Positions 1 through 10,707 are shown, counted from the stretch's first letter. The stretch is 64,000 nt of DNA from Minisyncoccia bacterium (GCA_046293175.1 JBKBPM010000002.1:83176-147175), one strand, 5' to 3'. Program-made: numbers and translations. The notes: generated by a model from the letters alone, not told the origin.

Positions 1-1119
1 GCCGTCACGTCCCCACAAAAATACCGGACGTTTGTATTCTTCAGCCAGCTTGTTGGCGGTCAGTCCTACGAGAGCCGGACGCCAGAGGGGATTTCCCATT
101 ACCAACACCGCAGGTATATCAGTCATCTCCTTAAGTCGACTATGCACCTCGCGTGTCATCACCGCGACCGCACCCTTGCGCTCGTTATTGAGATGCTCAA
201 GGCGCTCTACGTACCCACCAGCTTCACCCTCGTCTTTGGTTGTGAGAAGATGAAACGCATGTTCTGGTGCATCCATGCGTGAGGCCGCATTCACTCGTGG
301 ACCAATAGTGAAACCAATATCCTCTTCAGTGAGATACTGCTGGGGGACACGAGCCGCTTTGAGTAATTGCTGGAGTCCTGGCCGACGAGACTTACGGAGG
401 ACTCTCAGTCCGTAATGAGCAAAGATTCGATTCTCACCAATAAGTGGCACCATGTCTGCAATAGTGGCAATACCAACCATATCAAGCCACCATTTTTCCT
501 GTCCTGGCAAGATTCCAAAATCACCGGTGTTAATGAGGGCCTGCACTAACTTAAACACTACTCCAGCACCACAAAGATGGGGGAATGGGTAGTCACCGAG
601 TTTTGGATTAACTATCGCCACAGCTGCAGGTAATGTTTCACCCGGTTCGTGATGGTCAGTCACAATTACATCAACGCCAAGTTTGGCAGCGCGGGTAATC
701 GCGGCGATATCGTTTGTACCACAATCAATCGTAATGATTAATTTGGCTCCCGTTTTGGCGATAGTTTCAACCGCACTGACACTCAGACCAAACCCTTCAT
801 AGTGACGATGCGGGATGACGTTCGAAAAATGTGGGTACGCAATTGCCACAAAAAAATCGTGGAGTACTACCGCACCCGGAATCCCATCACAATCATAATC
901 ACTAAAGATAACGATTGGTTCCTCGGCTGTTATGGCCGCTTTAATTCGTGCCACCGCCGCACCCATGGTATGCATAAGTTCGGGTGGATGGAGAGTGGTG
1001 TAGTCTGGTTGTAAAAAGGCAGCTTGATCTGATAGGGTAGTGAGGCCACGGTGCCTAAGGAGTGACTCACGAAGCGTATCAAGCGAACCATCATGAAGGA
1101 GCGTGAACGGAAGAGTCAT
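1..1119 (-). CDS. recJ: Single-stranded-DNA-specific exonuclease RecJ, N-terminal part (the gene runs off the window start)
   Basis: My own reverse-strand translation starting at ATG (revcomp of cat 1117-1119) gives MTLPFTLLHDGSL...IFSDYDCDGIPGAVVL...DHHEPGE..., with DHH phosphoesterase motifs typical of RecJ. It is absent from the ORF track because no stop lies inside the window. Confidence 0.7.
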   Translation of the reverse strand, partial: MTLPFTLLHDGSLDTLRESLLRHRGLTTLSDQAAFLQPDYTTLHPPELMHTMGAAVARIKAAITAEEPIVIFSDYDCDGIPGAVVLHDFFVAIAYPHFSNVIPHRHYEGFGLSVSAVETIAKTGAKLIITIDCGTNDIAAITRAAKLGVDVIVTDHHEPGETLPAAVAIVNPKLGDYPFPHLCGAGVVFKLVQALINTGDFGILPGQEKWWLDMVGIATIADMVPLIGENRIFAHYGLRVLRKSRRPGLQQLLKAARVPQQYLTEEDIGFTIGPRVNAASRMDAPEHAFHLLTTKDEGEAGGYVERLEHLNNERKGAVAVMTREVHSRLKEMTDIPAVLVMGNPLWRPALVGLTANKLAEEYKRPVFLWGRDG

Positions 1120-1270
1120 AAGCTACAACTACACTCAAAATAAACTATATTTAGATACCGCTTCGCTTGACTTTTCATTGAGGATTATTTCGACTGCAAA
1201 ACATCTGCACGTTTTTAATGATCATTGTTCACTGCAAACTCCACCTCGCTTTTCGCACGAATAATCCGCA

Positions 1271-1723
1271 ATGCCTAAACCATTTATTTTGAGCGGTGTT
1301 CATCTATGGTACCATAAAATGCATATGTCGACCGAACCATCAATTTTCACCCGCATTATCAACCGTGAAATCCCGGCGGAAATTATTTATGAAGATGAAT
1401 ATTGTGTGGTAATTCCAGATAAGTTTCCCAGCCAAGTGGGGCAGCTCCTCGTAATTCCTAAAGTGCAGATTGCCTATATTGCTGATCTCGATGAAACTAC
1501 CTACCAACACACCATGGCTGTAGTGAAACGGTGCATGAAAGCCTTAGACCGAGCACTTGGGACAATTCGTACCTGTGTGGTGATTGAAGGTTTTGAAGTT
1601 CCTCATGTTCATGTACGTCTCTATCCTTGCCAGACTGCCGAGCTTAACCTCGATGATCGCCAAGAAGCCAGTGATGCAGACTTAGCAGCTCTCGCTGCTG
1701 CGCTGCGGCCACATCTCTCTTAA
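1271..1723 (+). CDS. HIT-family (histidine triad) nucleotide hydrolase
   Basis: IINREIPAEIIYEDEYCVVIPD and the HVHVRLYP histidine-triad motif. The true start may be the internal Met (MSTEPSIF, about 1327). Confidence 0.75.
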   Translation: MPKPFILSGVHLWYHKMHMSTEPSIFTRIINREIPAEIIYEDEYCVVIPDKFPSQVGQLLVIPKVQIAYIADLDETTYQHTMAVVKRCMKALDRALGTIRTCVVIEGFEVPHVHVRLYPCQTAELNLDDRQEASDADLAALAAALRPHLS

Positions 1724-1727
1724 AACA

Positions 1728-1770
1728 ATAAAACACCTAGGGCCAAAAGCCCAGGTGTTTTATTGTTTTA
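1728..1770. terminator. Bidirectional rho-independent terminator between the convergent HIT gene and pgk
   Basis: aaaacacctagggcc-aaaa-gcccaggtgtttt perfect hairpin flanked by A and T runs. Confidence 0.6.
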
Positions 1771-2895
1771 TCCTTCGTAGCCTAAGGCTTTTAGTGCTGG
1801 GGTATTCCCTTCCTCAAGGAGAGTCAGCATTGCACCGCCACCAATTGAGACAAAACCAAACTTGTCATTGAGTCCAAGTTCTTCTACCGCAGCAACAGTG
1901 TCGCCACCACCAAGGACACTCATAGCACCACTAGTGGCAATGAGCTTTGCTACCGCCTGGGTACTCCCTGGCACACCATTTTCGTAGAGCCCAAGGGGGC
2001 CATTCCAGAGAATGGTTTTTGCCGCTTGTATCTCTGGTGCTAGCTGCGCCACGGTCGCCGGACCCATATCAGTGATTTTTTCATCCGCTTGCACATCGTC
2101 AACTCGTGCGACTCGTACCCCCCTCACACTTTCGACAATGAGATCAACTGGACGAATCAACTTTGGGTTAGTAAGAAATGGCGCACCGACAAGTGAGACT
2201 TCAGATACCAGTGACGTACCTACCTCAAGTCCATCAGCGAGCATAATGTCATTGGCGAGTGCACCGGATACAAAGACTTTGTCATATGAGACCAAGTATT
2301 TTTCAACGAGTGGCATCTTCGTTTCAAACTTTGCTCCGCCGATGATGAAGAGAGATGGATGCTCTGGCTGCATCACCTGCTCAATGTGAGTCACTTCTTC
2401 GAGCAAGGTAATTCCCGCATACGCTGGAAGGAGAGTTGGAAGAGTTACCATCGACGCATGGTTACGGTGAATATTATCAAAGGCATCGTTTACATAAATA
2501 TCACCCAGTTTCGCGAGCTCCGCTGCAAAGACACCATCATTGGCAGACTCACCCTCGTGCTGACGAAGATTTTCAAGAATCAAAATGTCACCAGGCGCCA
2601 TCGCTGCCCGTGCGGTCTCAAGTTCAGAGCTCAGAAGACTACCACCCCACGTACACGGGATAAGGGTGTTCAACGCTTCAAACACTGGCTTTAAGGTATC
2701 AGTTTCATCACGACCAATATGGGCAATCAAAATTACTTTTGCTCCTGCTTCGTGCAGATAAGTCAAGGTAGGGAGAGCTCGCTTGAGGCGGTACATGTTC
2801 CCGACGACACCATCAATCAAGGGTACGTTGCATGATGAGCGAACAATCACATACCGTCCTTGCACATCCCCTACCTCTGTAATTGATCGCATCAT
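1768..2895 (-). CDS. pgk: Phosphoglycerate kinase
   Basis: 375 aa; the GGGDTVAAVEELGL...GGGAMLTLLEEG C-terminal region and overall PGK architecture. Confidence 0.9.
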   Translation of the reverse strand: MMRSITEVGDVQGRYVIVRSSCNVPLIDGVVGNMYRLKRALPTLTYLHEAGAKVILIAHIGRDETDTLKPVFEALNTLIPCTWGGSLLSSELETARAAMAPGDILILENLRQHEGESANDGVFAAELAKLGDIYVNDAFDNIHRNHASMVTLPTLLPAYAGITLLEEVTHIEQVMQPEHPSLFIIGGAKFETKMPLVEKYLVSYDKVFVSGALANDIMLADGLEVGTSLVSEVSLVGAPFLTNPKLIRPVDLIVESVRGVRVARVDDVQADEKITDMGPATVAQLAPEIQAAKTILWNGPLGLYENGVPGSTQAVAKLIATSGAMSVLGGGDTVAAVEELGLNDKFGFVSIGGGAMLTLLEEGNTPALKALGYEG

Positions 2896-2910
2896 ATGAA
2901 CTAGGTTTAT

Positions 2911-3669
2911 TTAAATACACGCGGAAATAATTTTTTGAAACTCAATGGGCTTCAGGCTCGCGCCGCCGACAAGGAACCCACCTACTGCGCTCTCCTTATA
3001 CAACTGTGGTGCTGTGTCCCCATTAACTGACCCACCATAGAGGATAGTGACGGCACTCGCTCCACTACGACCACCAATTTTGGTGAGGATCTTTTGGATA
3101 AAAAGTTTCATCTCAAGTACATCAGCCGGCGTCGCTGTCGCACCAGTACCAATCGCCCAGATAGGTTCATAAGCAATGACGATTTCTTTGTAGCGGGTAA
3201 CCGGCACGGTCGCTAGCGCCTTTGTTATCTGCGTTTCAATCTCAGCATAAAAATTCGCCTGCGCATCACGCACGCGTTCCCCCACACAAATCACCGGTCG
3301 CATGCGCTGCTTAAGGAGCATCAGGACCGCAGCGTTCACCATATTATCCGTTTCGCCACGAGCTCGACTTTCAGAGTGGCCAACAATCGCATAGTCTACC
3401 CCGTATTCTCGGCATTGGGCTGGCGAGACCATACCAGTAAACGCGCCGACCGGACCAGGGTGTACCTGCTGCACACCGAGATGCAGGTTTGATTTTTTTA
3501 CCACCTTGGCAACCGCACCCGTAAACAGCGTAGGGGGCGCAATCACCACCGTGACACCAGTACTCTTTTTGGTAGCGGTAACAACCGCTTTGGCGAGCGC
3601 TACCGCTTCACTTTCCTTCTGTGGGTTCATCTTCCAGTTGCCGATAACTAATGGGTGTTTTTGTGCCAT
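2911..3669 (-). CDS. tpiA: Triosephosphate isomerase
   Basis: 252 aa; VIGNWKMN, AYEPIWAIGTG and GGASLK motifs. Confidence 0.9.
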   Translation of the reverse strand: MAQKHPLVIGNWKMNPQKESEAVALAKAVVTATKKSTGVTVVIAPPTLFTGAVAKVVKKSNLHLGVQQVHPGPVGAFTGMVSPAQCREYGVDYAIVGHSESRARGETDNMVNAAVLMLLKQRMRPVICVGERVRDAQANFYAEIETQITKALATVPVTRYKEIVIAYEPIWAIGTGATATPADVLEMKLFIQKILTKIGGRSGASAVTILYGGSVNGDTAPQLYKESAVGGFLVGGASLKPIEFQKIISACI

Positions 3670-3841
3670 AACCTAATAAGTGTAGCATATTGAGCAATTA
3701 TATATTCTGTCCCTTTTCTTAGAAGCCGCTAAATCGAGTCAGATTCGAGGCGTTCGAGAAAAATATTTCGAGCCGTACTTTTTGTACGGTGAGGAATATT
3801 TTATCGATGAACAACAAAGAAGCTGGCCGATTTAACGGCTT

Positions 3842-5266
3842 CTAATTGGAGTCGCGCCAATCTCGATATTCATAAACATCCGACGTTTCCGGAATAAACG
3901 GCGGTGGACTTTCTACCAAATTGCGGTCGTACGAAGTGTAGCGGTCAACAAAGCCGGAAGTGGTAACCCCACCACTCGTCCATTGTGTACCCACTCGACC
4001 ATTGGAAACGATAGTTCCGTTGTGGGTTTCAGAATTGCGAATCACAAAAGGATCAAAGGCGCCGGGCAAACCACGATTAACTCCCCCTGAAATACAATTG
4101 GCACAGTAGTGATTTCGACCATACCGACCATTTTGAGCAATAAAGATGCCGTTCAAAACCATATCATCAGGCACATTTAGACCAATAAGTACATCTTGTT
4201 CGGCAATAGCTAGCAGTCCCGAGGTGGTCGGCGAGGTGTAGGTAATATTATTTGCCAAGATAATTGATGGATTGATGGTTGTTGAAGTAGCAAAACTGGC
4301 AGCCAATGTAATTTTTTGCGGAATTGTCCCCTGCAACCAGACCTTGTCTTGCACGACTATGAGCGGACAGCTGTTTGAAATAGCGTACGTACCAACCGAA
4401 CTAGTGGCGTTAATTACATTTTGTTCGGTCTGCCAACCATTTTCAGTTGTGTACCCCCAATAGGTATGAACACTCGTCACCCGATTGACGGTGACGGTGT
4501 TGTTACTATTAAAGCGAATCTGGTACCCAAAGTTGCCGGCTGGTAATTTATCAAGAAAAATACCGTTACTCCGGGCTTTTGTTTCCATTTCGGCCAAATC
4601 TACGGTGATACCACCAAAACTAACTGGCGCAGACGGATAATCAAAGAGGCCAGCATTGGCATTTGCGGTGGTGGTAAAGACACCGTTACGGGTAGTGGTT
4701 GGGTTACATCCAAAACTCGGTGTACATGACCACGTCGCTTGTCCACTCGTGACGCTCGAGTTGTTTGTACCATCCATACGTACTCCACCATTACTGTGAT
4801 AGGGACCATTAATAATGCGGTCACTACCGGCCCATACATTACTGTTAATAATGAAGGAGTATTCTGCCACATTTGGTCGTGAGTACCGAGCGGATAGCGT
4901 TCTGACTATTGCTGGATTTTTGTAGGTATAGCCACGCGAGGTGATTTGTCTCGACATAACAGTCCCACAGAAAGTAGTACTAGCGAGGGTGAGTTGGTAT
5001 TCTCCGATTGGACCAAGCTCTGGGTCGCTGTACACTCCAGTTATCGCGGTTGAAGTACTATTTGGATAGTGAGCCAAATACCAACGATAGTAATCAAGAC
5101 CAGCTTCAGCAATTTGACCTGCTTGCTCAAATTGCATACGCTGCTCAATGAGACGACTCTGGGTCACAATAAACGTCACGAATGACGTGAGAATCACCAT
5201 AAACACACTCGCAAAAATAAGCACGTAGACCATCAGGAATCCTCGTTGTGCTTGTCGATGTTTCAT
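3842..5266 (-). CDS. PilX-like type IV pilus-associated protein (N-terminal TM anchor, large Ser/Thr-rich ectodomain)
   Basis: N-terminus QRGFLMVYVLIFASVFMVILTSF resembles the PilX_N hydrophobic segment. It is the last gene of the pilB-pilC-pilin operon, and its start overlaps the upstream gene. Confidence 0.5.
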   Translation of the reverse strand: MKHRQAQRGFLMVYVLIFASVFMVILTSFVTFIVTQSRLIEQRMQFEQAGQIAEAGLDYYRWYLAHYPNSTSTAITGVYSDPELGPIGEYQLTLASTTFCGTVMSRQITSRGYTYKNPAIVRTLSARYSRPNVAEYSFIINSNVWAGSDRIINGPYHSNGGVRMDGTNNSSVTSGQATWSCTPSFGCNPTTTRNGVFTTTANANAGLFDYPSAPVSFGGITVDLAEMETKARSNGIFLDKLPAGNFGYQIRFNSNNTVTVNRVTSVHTYWGYTTENGWQTEQNVINATSSVGTYAISNSCPLIVVQDKVWLQGTIPQKITLAASFATSTTINPSIILANNITYTSPTTSGLLAIAEQDVLIGLNVPDDMVLNGIFIAQNGRYGRNHYCANCISGGVNRGLPGAFDPFVIRNSETHNGTIVSNGRVGTQWTSGGVTTSGFVDRYTSYDRNLVESPPPFIPETSDVYEYRDWRDSN

Positions 5267-5268
5267 AA

Positions 5269-5901
5269 TTATAGGTTCTCTTTCAAGTTTCGTGGTGTGG
5301 CACTCCCCTGCAACATAAATTCTCCTGGCGAGCGAGCGGGATCGATGTTCACAATAAGATTAATTCGCAGGTAACGAATGTCCGAAATCATCGCGCTTGA
5401 TGAAGCAATCAAGGAACCAGCCTCATTATAATACCTGAAGGTGGTTTGGCCTTGTGAGAGGTTCTGTACATACTGTGACAGTATCTCAGTGCGAGTTGGT
5501 GTAGTAGTACTGTAGACTGGCGGATTGCCTGTTGCTTCATAGGTATCTTTATAGAGTGTCGTGGTGGAAAGTCGATACTCGACATATTCAACACTAAAAT
5601 CTTTGTCGATATCACTATAAAAACCCATCCGATGGCTTTCTGCTCGGGCGAGAGCAAAGGCACCATTGGCACCTGAAGTCATTTCTCGCGCATCTCGTAC
5701 CCAAGTCAAAAGACCTCGTCTCGCTACCTCAATCTCGTTGGCTTGTTCTAAGGTGACACTATTGTATTTGTAGATCTGCGTCACTGCATTCATGATTGCA
5801 AAGAGGAGTATCGTAAAGAGCGCAATAACAATCAAGGTTTCAACGAGCGTAAACCCTCTCCTTGCAAAACGCAGTTTCATACTCCTCGTATTATAGCGCA
5901 A
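5269..5901 (-). CDS. Prepilin-type (type IV) minor pilin / pseudopilin
   Basis: Class III signal MKLRFARRG|FTLVETLIVIALFTILLFAI (G/F cleavage site, Glu+5). The likely start is the internal Met. Confidence 0.7.
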   Translation of the reverse strand: MRYNTRSMKLRFARRGFTLVETLIVIALFTILLFAIMNAVTQIYKYNSVTLEQANEIEVARRGLLTWVRDAREMTSGANGAFALARAESHRMGFYSDIDKDFSVEYVEYRLSTTTLYKDTYEATGNPPVYSTTTPTRTEILSQYVQNLSQGQTTFRYYNEAGSLIASSSAMISDIRYLRINLIVNIDPARSPGEFMLQGSATPRNLKENL

Positions 5902-7648
5902 CCTCTACCACGGTATCCCCTGATATTAATACAGGATCAATAGTAGCTGTTGTGTACCCAGAAGCTGATACGCTGAGTTGATAATCAGCGGCACTCGTGA
6001 GTCCGTCAAAAAATACCTGGCCGCAACCACCGGTTGTTTCAACATCACTACTACCACGAGTTAATGTGACCGTAGCATTACGCAGTGGCATGCCTCCAGC
6101 CGTCACTACAACACGAAGACTGTGTGCACTATCAGGGGTAGTTATAAGGGTTAGGGTATTACTGGTATTTGGTGCGACCGCCAAAGGATGAGTGGTGCAG
6201 GCTTCTTCAATATCATAACCAGCAATCGTAACTTGGTAGGTGTCCCATTCGACGTTATTGAGAAGTCGCTCACCGTCAGTATCAGTAGTCGTAGAATAAT
6301 CGTGTTTATAGATAGGAGAAAAATCCAGCTGTGAACCAATTACTTTAGTCCCTCGCCAATTAAACGTGGTGGAAAGTGGGGTCTCGCTCTCTGTGTAGTA
6401 GAGTGTGACCGCATCAACTTGCGGAGTTACTGCAGTATTAGAAGTTTCTAGCGACACCCCAATCGTGAGACTGGGATAGGTAGTCGTATCAAGCTGACTA
6501 ATATCGATAGTATTCCCGACAAAACCAGCACTATTACCTGGCAGATCAGTGTCAGGAATTAAAGAATCTGGTGTCGTACTGGCATACACACGAATGAGTC
6601 GTGCGGTCTGAGCCGGAATTGATTCTTGGACTGTAATAGTCTCATAGCGCGCCAGTGAGGACGGGGCTACAGCAGTGAGCATCCCTACCCCATTTGTTTG
6701 GTACACTCCAGCGCTTGAAGCCAATTCAAGATTGCCGGCTACTACAGCAACGTTGGTTGATGATGCCAATTCAGAACTCGAGGCAAACGAACGACTGCTT
6801 GAGGCCTCAGTGCGATCAGACAGCAATCGCAGCGCAACCGTGCTAAGAGCATCGATCTGTACGTTCACTGTTGAAATATCTGCCGCCAAAAGTGAAATCG
6901 GCTGTAAGACTGGATTTGGGATTGAAGTAGTTGCGACATAGGTTTGTTCAGAGGAATAGCCCGCTCGGGTCACAAACACCTGATACCCCGAACCAGCTGG
7001 AGCACCACCAAATAATACCGATCCCGTACTGTCAGTGAGTTTTGTGACATCAACAGTTGTTGTTCCCGTTGTATTTAACAGTCGCACTGACGCTCCACCA
7101 ACCGGCGCCACATTTGCATCGGTGACATTCACCCGAATCGTACCACCACCAACATTAGTCTCGATAGAGCGAGGCACTATGGTCGTCACCAAAACCAAAC
7201 TTTCTGTCTCTTCATGCATAGTCCAAGTGATTTCAATTTTTGCACGTTTGTAATCTGTCGTAATTGAATTACTGTCACTAGCACCAAGACCATCAGCAGG
7301 GTCATCAATGTATTCAATCAAGGTACGTTCAGTAAATTGAAATCCATTAAGGGTCGAGGTACTCACTTGCGGGATATTCCCAGCTGGCAAACCACTAATA
7401 GTTCCAACCGCATCATAGGAAAGTGAACGAATATACTCGAGGCGGTCATTAGCCACCGACAAGGCAGACATCCGGGCTCGACTCTCCGCCACAAGCTTAA
7501 GCGATGTCTGGATCGTTACAAAGAGTCCACCAATAAAAAGCGCCATAATCGCTGCTACAACCAAAAGTTCAATAAGTGAAAAGCCGCGCAAACGAGAAGT
7601 CCGCATGAGTTTATTTAATACTATCACCAATCGAATAAATCGGCGCAA
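5891..7648 (-). CDS. Large (585 aa) prepilin-type N-terminal cleavage/methylation domain protein, a pilin-like T-rich surface protein
   Basis: RLRG|FSLIELLVVAAIMALFIGGLF prepilin motif followed by an approximately 550-aa Thr/Ser-rich domain. It overlaps its neighbours by 11 and 38 nt, which is typical of operon coupling. Confidence 0.65.
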   Translation of the reverse strand: MRRFIRLVIVLNKLMRTSRLRGFSLIELLVVAAIMALFIGGLFVTIQTSLKLVAESRARMSALSVANDRLEYIRSLSYDAVGTISGLPAGNIPQVSTSTLNGFQFTERTLIEYIDDPADGLGASDSNSITTDYKRAKIEITWTMHEETESLVLVTTIVPRSIETNVGGGTIRVNVTDANVAPVGGASVRLLNTTGTTTVDVTKLTDSTGSVLFGGAPAGSGYQVFVTRAGYSSEQTYVATTSIPNPVLQPISLLAADISTVNVQIDALSTVALRLLSDRTEASSSRSFASSSELASSTNVAVVAGNLELASSAGVYQTNGVGMLTAVAPSSLARYETITVQESIPAQTARLIRVYASTTPDSLIPDTDLPGNSAGFVGNTIDISQLDTTTYPSLTIGVSLETSNTAVTPQVDAVTLYYTESETPLSTTFNWRGTKVIGSQLDFSPIYKHDYSTTTDTDGERLLNNVEWDTYQVTIAGYDIEEACTTHPLAVAPNTSNTLTLITTPDSAHSLRVVVTAGGMPLRNATVTLTRGSSDVETTGGCGQVFFDGLTSAADYQLSVSASGYTTATIDPVLISGDTVVEVAL

Positions 7649-8843
7649 TGAGGGCTAGCGCAAAGAAACCAACTCCGGTACCAATCACGACCATGAGGAG
7701 TGGCTCGATAATCGTTGAGAGATCTTTGGTTTTTCTTTCCACCTCAATCTCATAAAACTGTGCCAGTTCACCAAGCATCTTAGCAATCGAACCAGTCTCT
7801 TCACCAACAAGAATCATTTCACCCACCAGAATCGGATACAAATCGTTGCGTTCAATAAATGTTTCAGATAAGGCAGTTCCCTTCTCAACCCGTTGCGCCG
7901 CCTCACGAATAATCTTTTTATAAAAATGATTTTGCACCACTTCTTCAGTAATGGAAAGCGCTTGGATAACATCAACCCCAGAATTGAGGAGCGAGGAGAG
8001 AGTGCGAGCAGTACGAGCGGCATTCGTTTCTTTAGCCATCGTACCAATCACTGGAAGCCTGGTCACGAGCCACGAGGTTGCTATCTTACCAGGTTTAGAG
8101 CGAATCATATACAGGAGCGCGGTCACAAACCCAATAATTCCCGTTAATGCAAAGACAGTATTCTCTACCATAAAATCACTCGCTGAAATGAGGAATTGAG
8201 TGGTCGCAGGTAGCTCAGTCCCCATCTGCTTAAAGATTCCTGTGATTGACGGCAACACAAAAATCATCATGAGAATTGCGATAATAACCATCACTGTAAT
8301 CACAATTGATGGATAAATCATAGCGCCTTTGATTTTCTTTTTGAGACTCGTGGAGCGCTCCATTTGAATAGCGAGAGTATGAAGTGACTCAGCAAGATTT
8401 CCTGCCTCTTCACCGGCTTTAATCATCGCCACATAAAGATCATCAAATACCTTTGGGTGATTATGCAAGGCTTCAAAAAACTGCCCGCCTTTATTGATGC
8501 GATCAATAATATCATGCACCGTAGCTTTCAGTTTGGCGTTTTTGGTTTGTCGTTCTATCACCGACAGCGCCCGCGTAACGGTAAGCCCGGCATCAAGCAT
8601 CGACCCGAGGTTGCGCGTCACCATCACAAGCTCATCTTGCTTCACTTTACCGAGCCAGGCATTAATCTTCTCTATATCAAAACCGCCAAGACCCAATGAA
8701 AGACCGCCGGCTTCGGTAACACTCGAGACAGTGTGGCCATTAGTACGTGCAACATCGTACACAGCGTACCGATCGGTCGCAGTAACTATCTCGCGAACTT
8801 TCTTGCCGCTACTGTCTTCTCCCTCGTAAATAAACTTACCCAT
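7611..8843 (-). CDS. pilC: Type IV pilus assembly platform protein PilC (GspF family)
   Basis: 410 aa, polytopic, two T2SS_F-like repeats, located immediately downstream of pilB. Confidence 0.85.
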   Translation of the reverse strand: MGKFIYEGEDSSGKKVREIVTATDRYAVYDVARTNGHTVSSVTEAGGLSLGLGGFDIEKINAWLGKVKQDELVMVTRNLGSMLDAGLTVTRALSVIERQTKNAKLKATVHDIIDRINKGGQFFEALHNHPKVFDDLYVAMIKAGEEAGNLAESLHTLAIQMERSTSLKKKIKGAMIYPSIVITVMVIIAILMMIFVLPSITGIFKQMGTELPATTQFLISASDFMVENTVFALTGIIGFVTALLYMIRSKPGKIATSWLVTRLPVIGTMAKETNAARTARTLSSLLNSGVDVIQALSITEEVVQNHFYKKIIREAAQRVEKGTALSETFIERNDLYPILVGEMILVGEETGSIAKMLGELAQFYEIEVERKTKDLSTIIEPLLMVVIGTGVGFFALALIAPIYSIGDSIK

Positions 8844-8851
8844 AGATAGAG

Positions 8852-10630
8852 CTATTCACTAATCACGCGAAGCACTTCTTCAACACTGGTGAGGCCTTTG
8901 GCGGCTTTATAAATTCCATCTTCCAGCATAGTGAGCATGCCTTCCTTACGCGCTTGCATCTCAAGCTCATCACTTGTCTTATGGTTCATCACCATATCTT
9001 TGATAGCTGGAGACATCTCGAGCACTTCATGAATACCCATACGGCCGTGATACCCGTCTGGGGTAATGCCGTTTTCATGTGGGTGATAAAACGAAATATC
9101 ATTCCAGGTAGCACCCTCACCCACCACTTTTTCTTCTTTAAGGGTCGCAAGTACCTTGTCGAGGTCAGCATATTTACCAATATCTTCTCGCTCAGCCTTT
9201 GAGAGAATGTACGGGACTTTATCATCACAGAGCTTACGAACGAGACGCTGACCAATCGCTACTCGTAGCGTTGATACCAGGAGGAAGGCTTCTGAACCCA
9301 TATCAATCAATCGTGCAATGGTACCAGCCGCACTGTTGGTGTGGACAGTCGCGAGCACGAGGTGACCGGTCAAAGCCGCATTAATGGCCAAGGAGACTGT
9401 CTCTTCATCACGAATTTCCCCTACCATAATGATATCAGGGTCCTGACGCATGAGGGAGCGCAGTCCCGCCGCAAAGGTAAAGCCAATCTCCGGTTTGACC
9501 TGGGTTTGGTTCACTCTTGCCATCTGGTATTCAATTGGGTCTTCAATCGTGGAGATGTTTACCTCCGGTGTATTGAGAAGGTCGAGAACCGTGTAAAGCG
9601 TCGTTGATTTACCCGAACCAGTAGGACCAGTGACGAGGATAATACCAGTAGTAGCGCGAGTGGCGCGGTGAATACGCTCAAGCGTTGAACCGTGAAAACC
9701 AATTCCTTCGAGCGAAAAACCGGTGCGATTCTCGCGCAAAAGACGCATGACGATCTTCTCACCGTAAAATACCGGCAATATCGATACACGAAAAGCTACT
9801 TTCTGCCCATCCATCTCCATCTTAAAGCGACCATCTTGGGGAAGACGCTTTTGATCGAGTTTGAGGTTCGAGAGCACCTTGATACGAGCAACGATAGTCC
9901 CTGAAGCGATCTTCGGTAGCTTCATGGCGTCGTTTAAGATACCGTCGATACGGTAACGGACGAGCACCTCATTCTCCATTGGTTCAATATGGATATCAGA
10001 CGCGCCCTGAATAATAGCGTGTCGTAAAAGGGTATCGACAATACGTACAACCGGCAAATCTTCGGCCATCTTTTTGAGGTCTGCTTCAGATACCTCTTCC
10101 CCATCTACTTCACTAACGACCGTTAGAGACGACGCGTCTTTCATGATGAGGTCACCAAACTCGTCTTTGAGGGTCTTTTGGTACTGGCGGAGTGCCCCCC
10201 GCATTGATTCGGTATCGGTGAGGCGTGGAAGAATCTTTAATCCTACCTTCTTTTTGATGAAGTCAATCGCTGGCAGGTCAGCGGTATCAAGCATCGCGAC
10301 TTCAAGCGCAGTTGCCGTCTTTTTGTAGGCAATAATATTATGGGTACGAGCTACCGGTTCAGGAATTAAAGAGAGGATGTCAAACTCGATTTTAAGGTCT
10401 TTGAGTGACACAAACGGCACCCCGAGGATGTATGACTCCACGCGACGCATGTCGTCTTCGGTCAGGTACCCACCCGCAATCAGGGTGTGGGCCAAGGGTT
10501 TGTCTTCAGAGCGGGCAGCTTTTTCGGCCGCACTCATATCAGCCTTCGAAACTAAGTTCGAATCGAGGATGAAGCGTTTGAGCTGGTCATCTAAAATACG
10601 CATATATAAGAAACCACACGAAACGAGCAC
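8852..10630 (-). CDS. pilB: Type IV pilus assembly ATPase PilB (GspE family)
   Basis: Walker A LVTGPTGSGKSTTLY, Asp/His boxes and an N-terminal GSPII_E_N-like domain; 592 aa. Confidence 0.9.
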   Translation of the reverse strand: MLVSCGFLYMRILDDQLKRFILDSNLVSKADMSAAEKAARSEDKPLAHTLIAGGYLTEDDMRRVESYILGVPFVSLKDLKIEFDILSLIPEPVARTHNIIAYKKTATALEVAMLDTADLPAIDFIKKKVGLKILPRLTDTESMRGALRQYQKTLKDEFGDLIMKDASSLTVVSEVDGEEVSEADLKKMAEDLPVVRIVDTLLRHAIIQGASDIHIEPMENEVLVRYRIDGILNDAMKLPKIASGTIVARIKVLSNLKLDQKRLPQDGRFKMEMDGQKVAFRVSILPVFYGEKIVMRLLRENRTGFSLEGIGFHGSTLERIHRATRATTGIILVTGPTGSGKSTTLYTVLDLLNTPEVNISTIEDPIEYQMARVNQTQVKPEIGFTFAAGLRSLMRQDPDIIMVGEIRDEETVSLAINAALTGHLVLATVHTNSAAGTIARLIDMGSEAFLLVSTLRVAIGQRLVRKLCDDKVPYILSKAEREDIGKYADLDKVLATLKEEKVVGEGATWNDISFYHPHENGITPDGYHGRMGIHEVLEMSPAIKDMVMNHKTSDELEMQARKEGMLTMLEDGIYKAAKGLTSVEEVLRVISE

Positions 10631-10707
10631 AAAGAGCTTTTCGTTTCTTCATTATACACGCCACGCACCCACTCTTGCCGCGCCTGTCCACGTCTTTACC
10701 CACCACT

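Noticed and set aside
2012-2694. Plus-strand ORFs (2012-2389, 2359-2694, 2436-2663) inside pgk
   Set aside because: They are antisense to a well-supported pgk CDS, low-complexity, and have no RBS. These are typical spurious ORFs from GC-rich antisense frames. The same applies to 11844-12434, 41528-42103, 23302-23736, 15303-15929, 17959-18312, 39649-40020 and similar.
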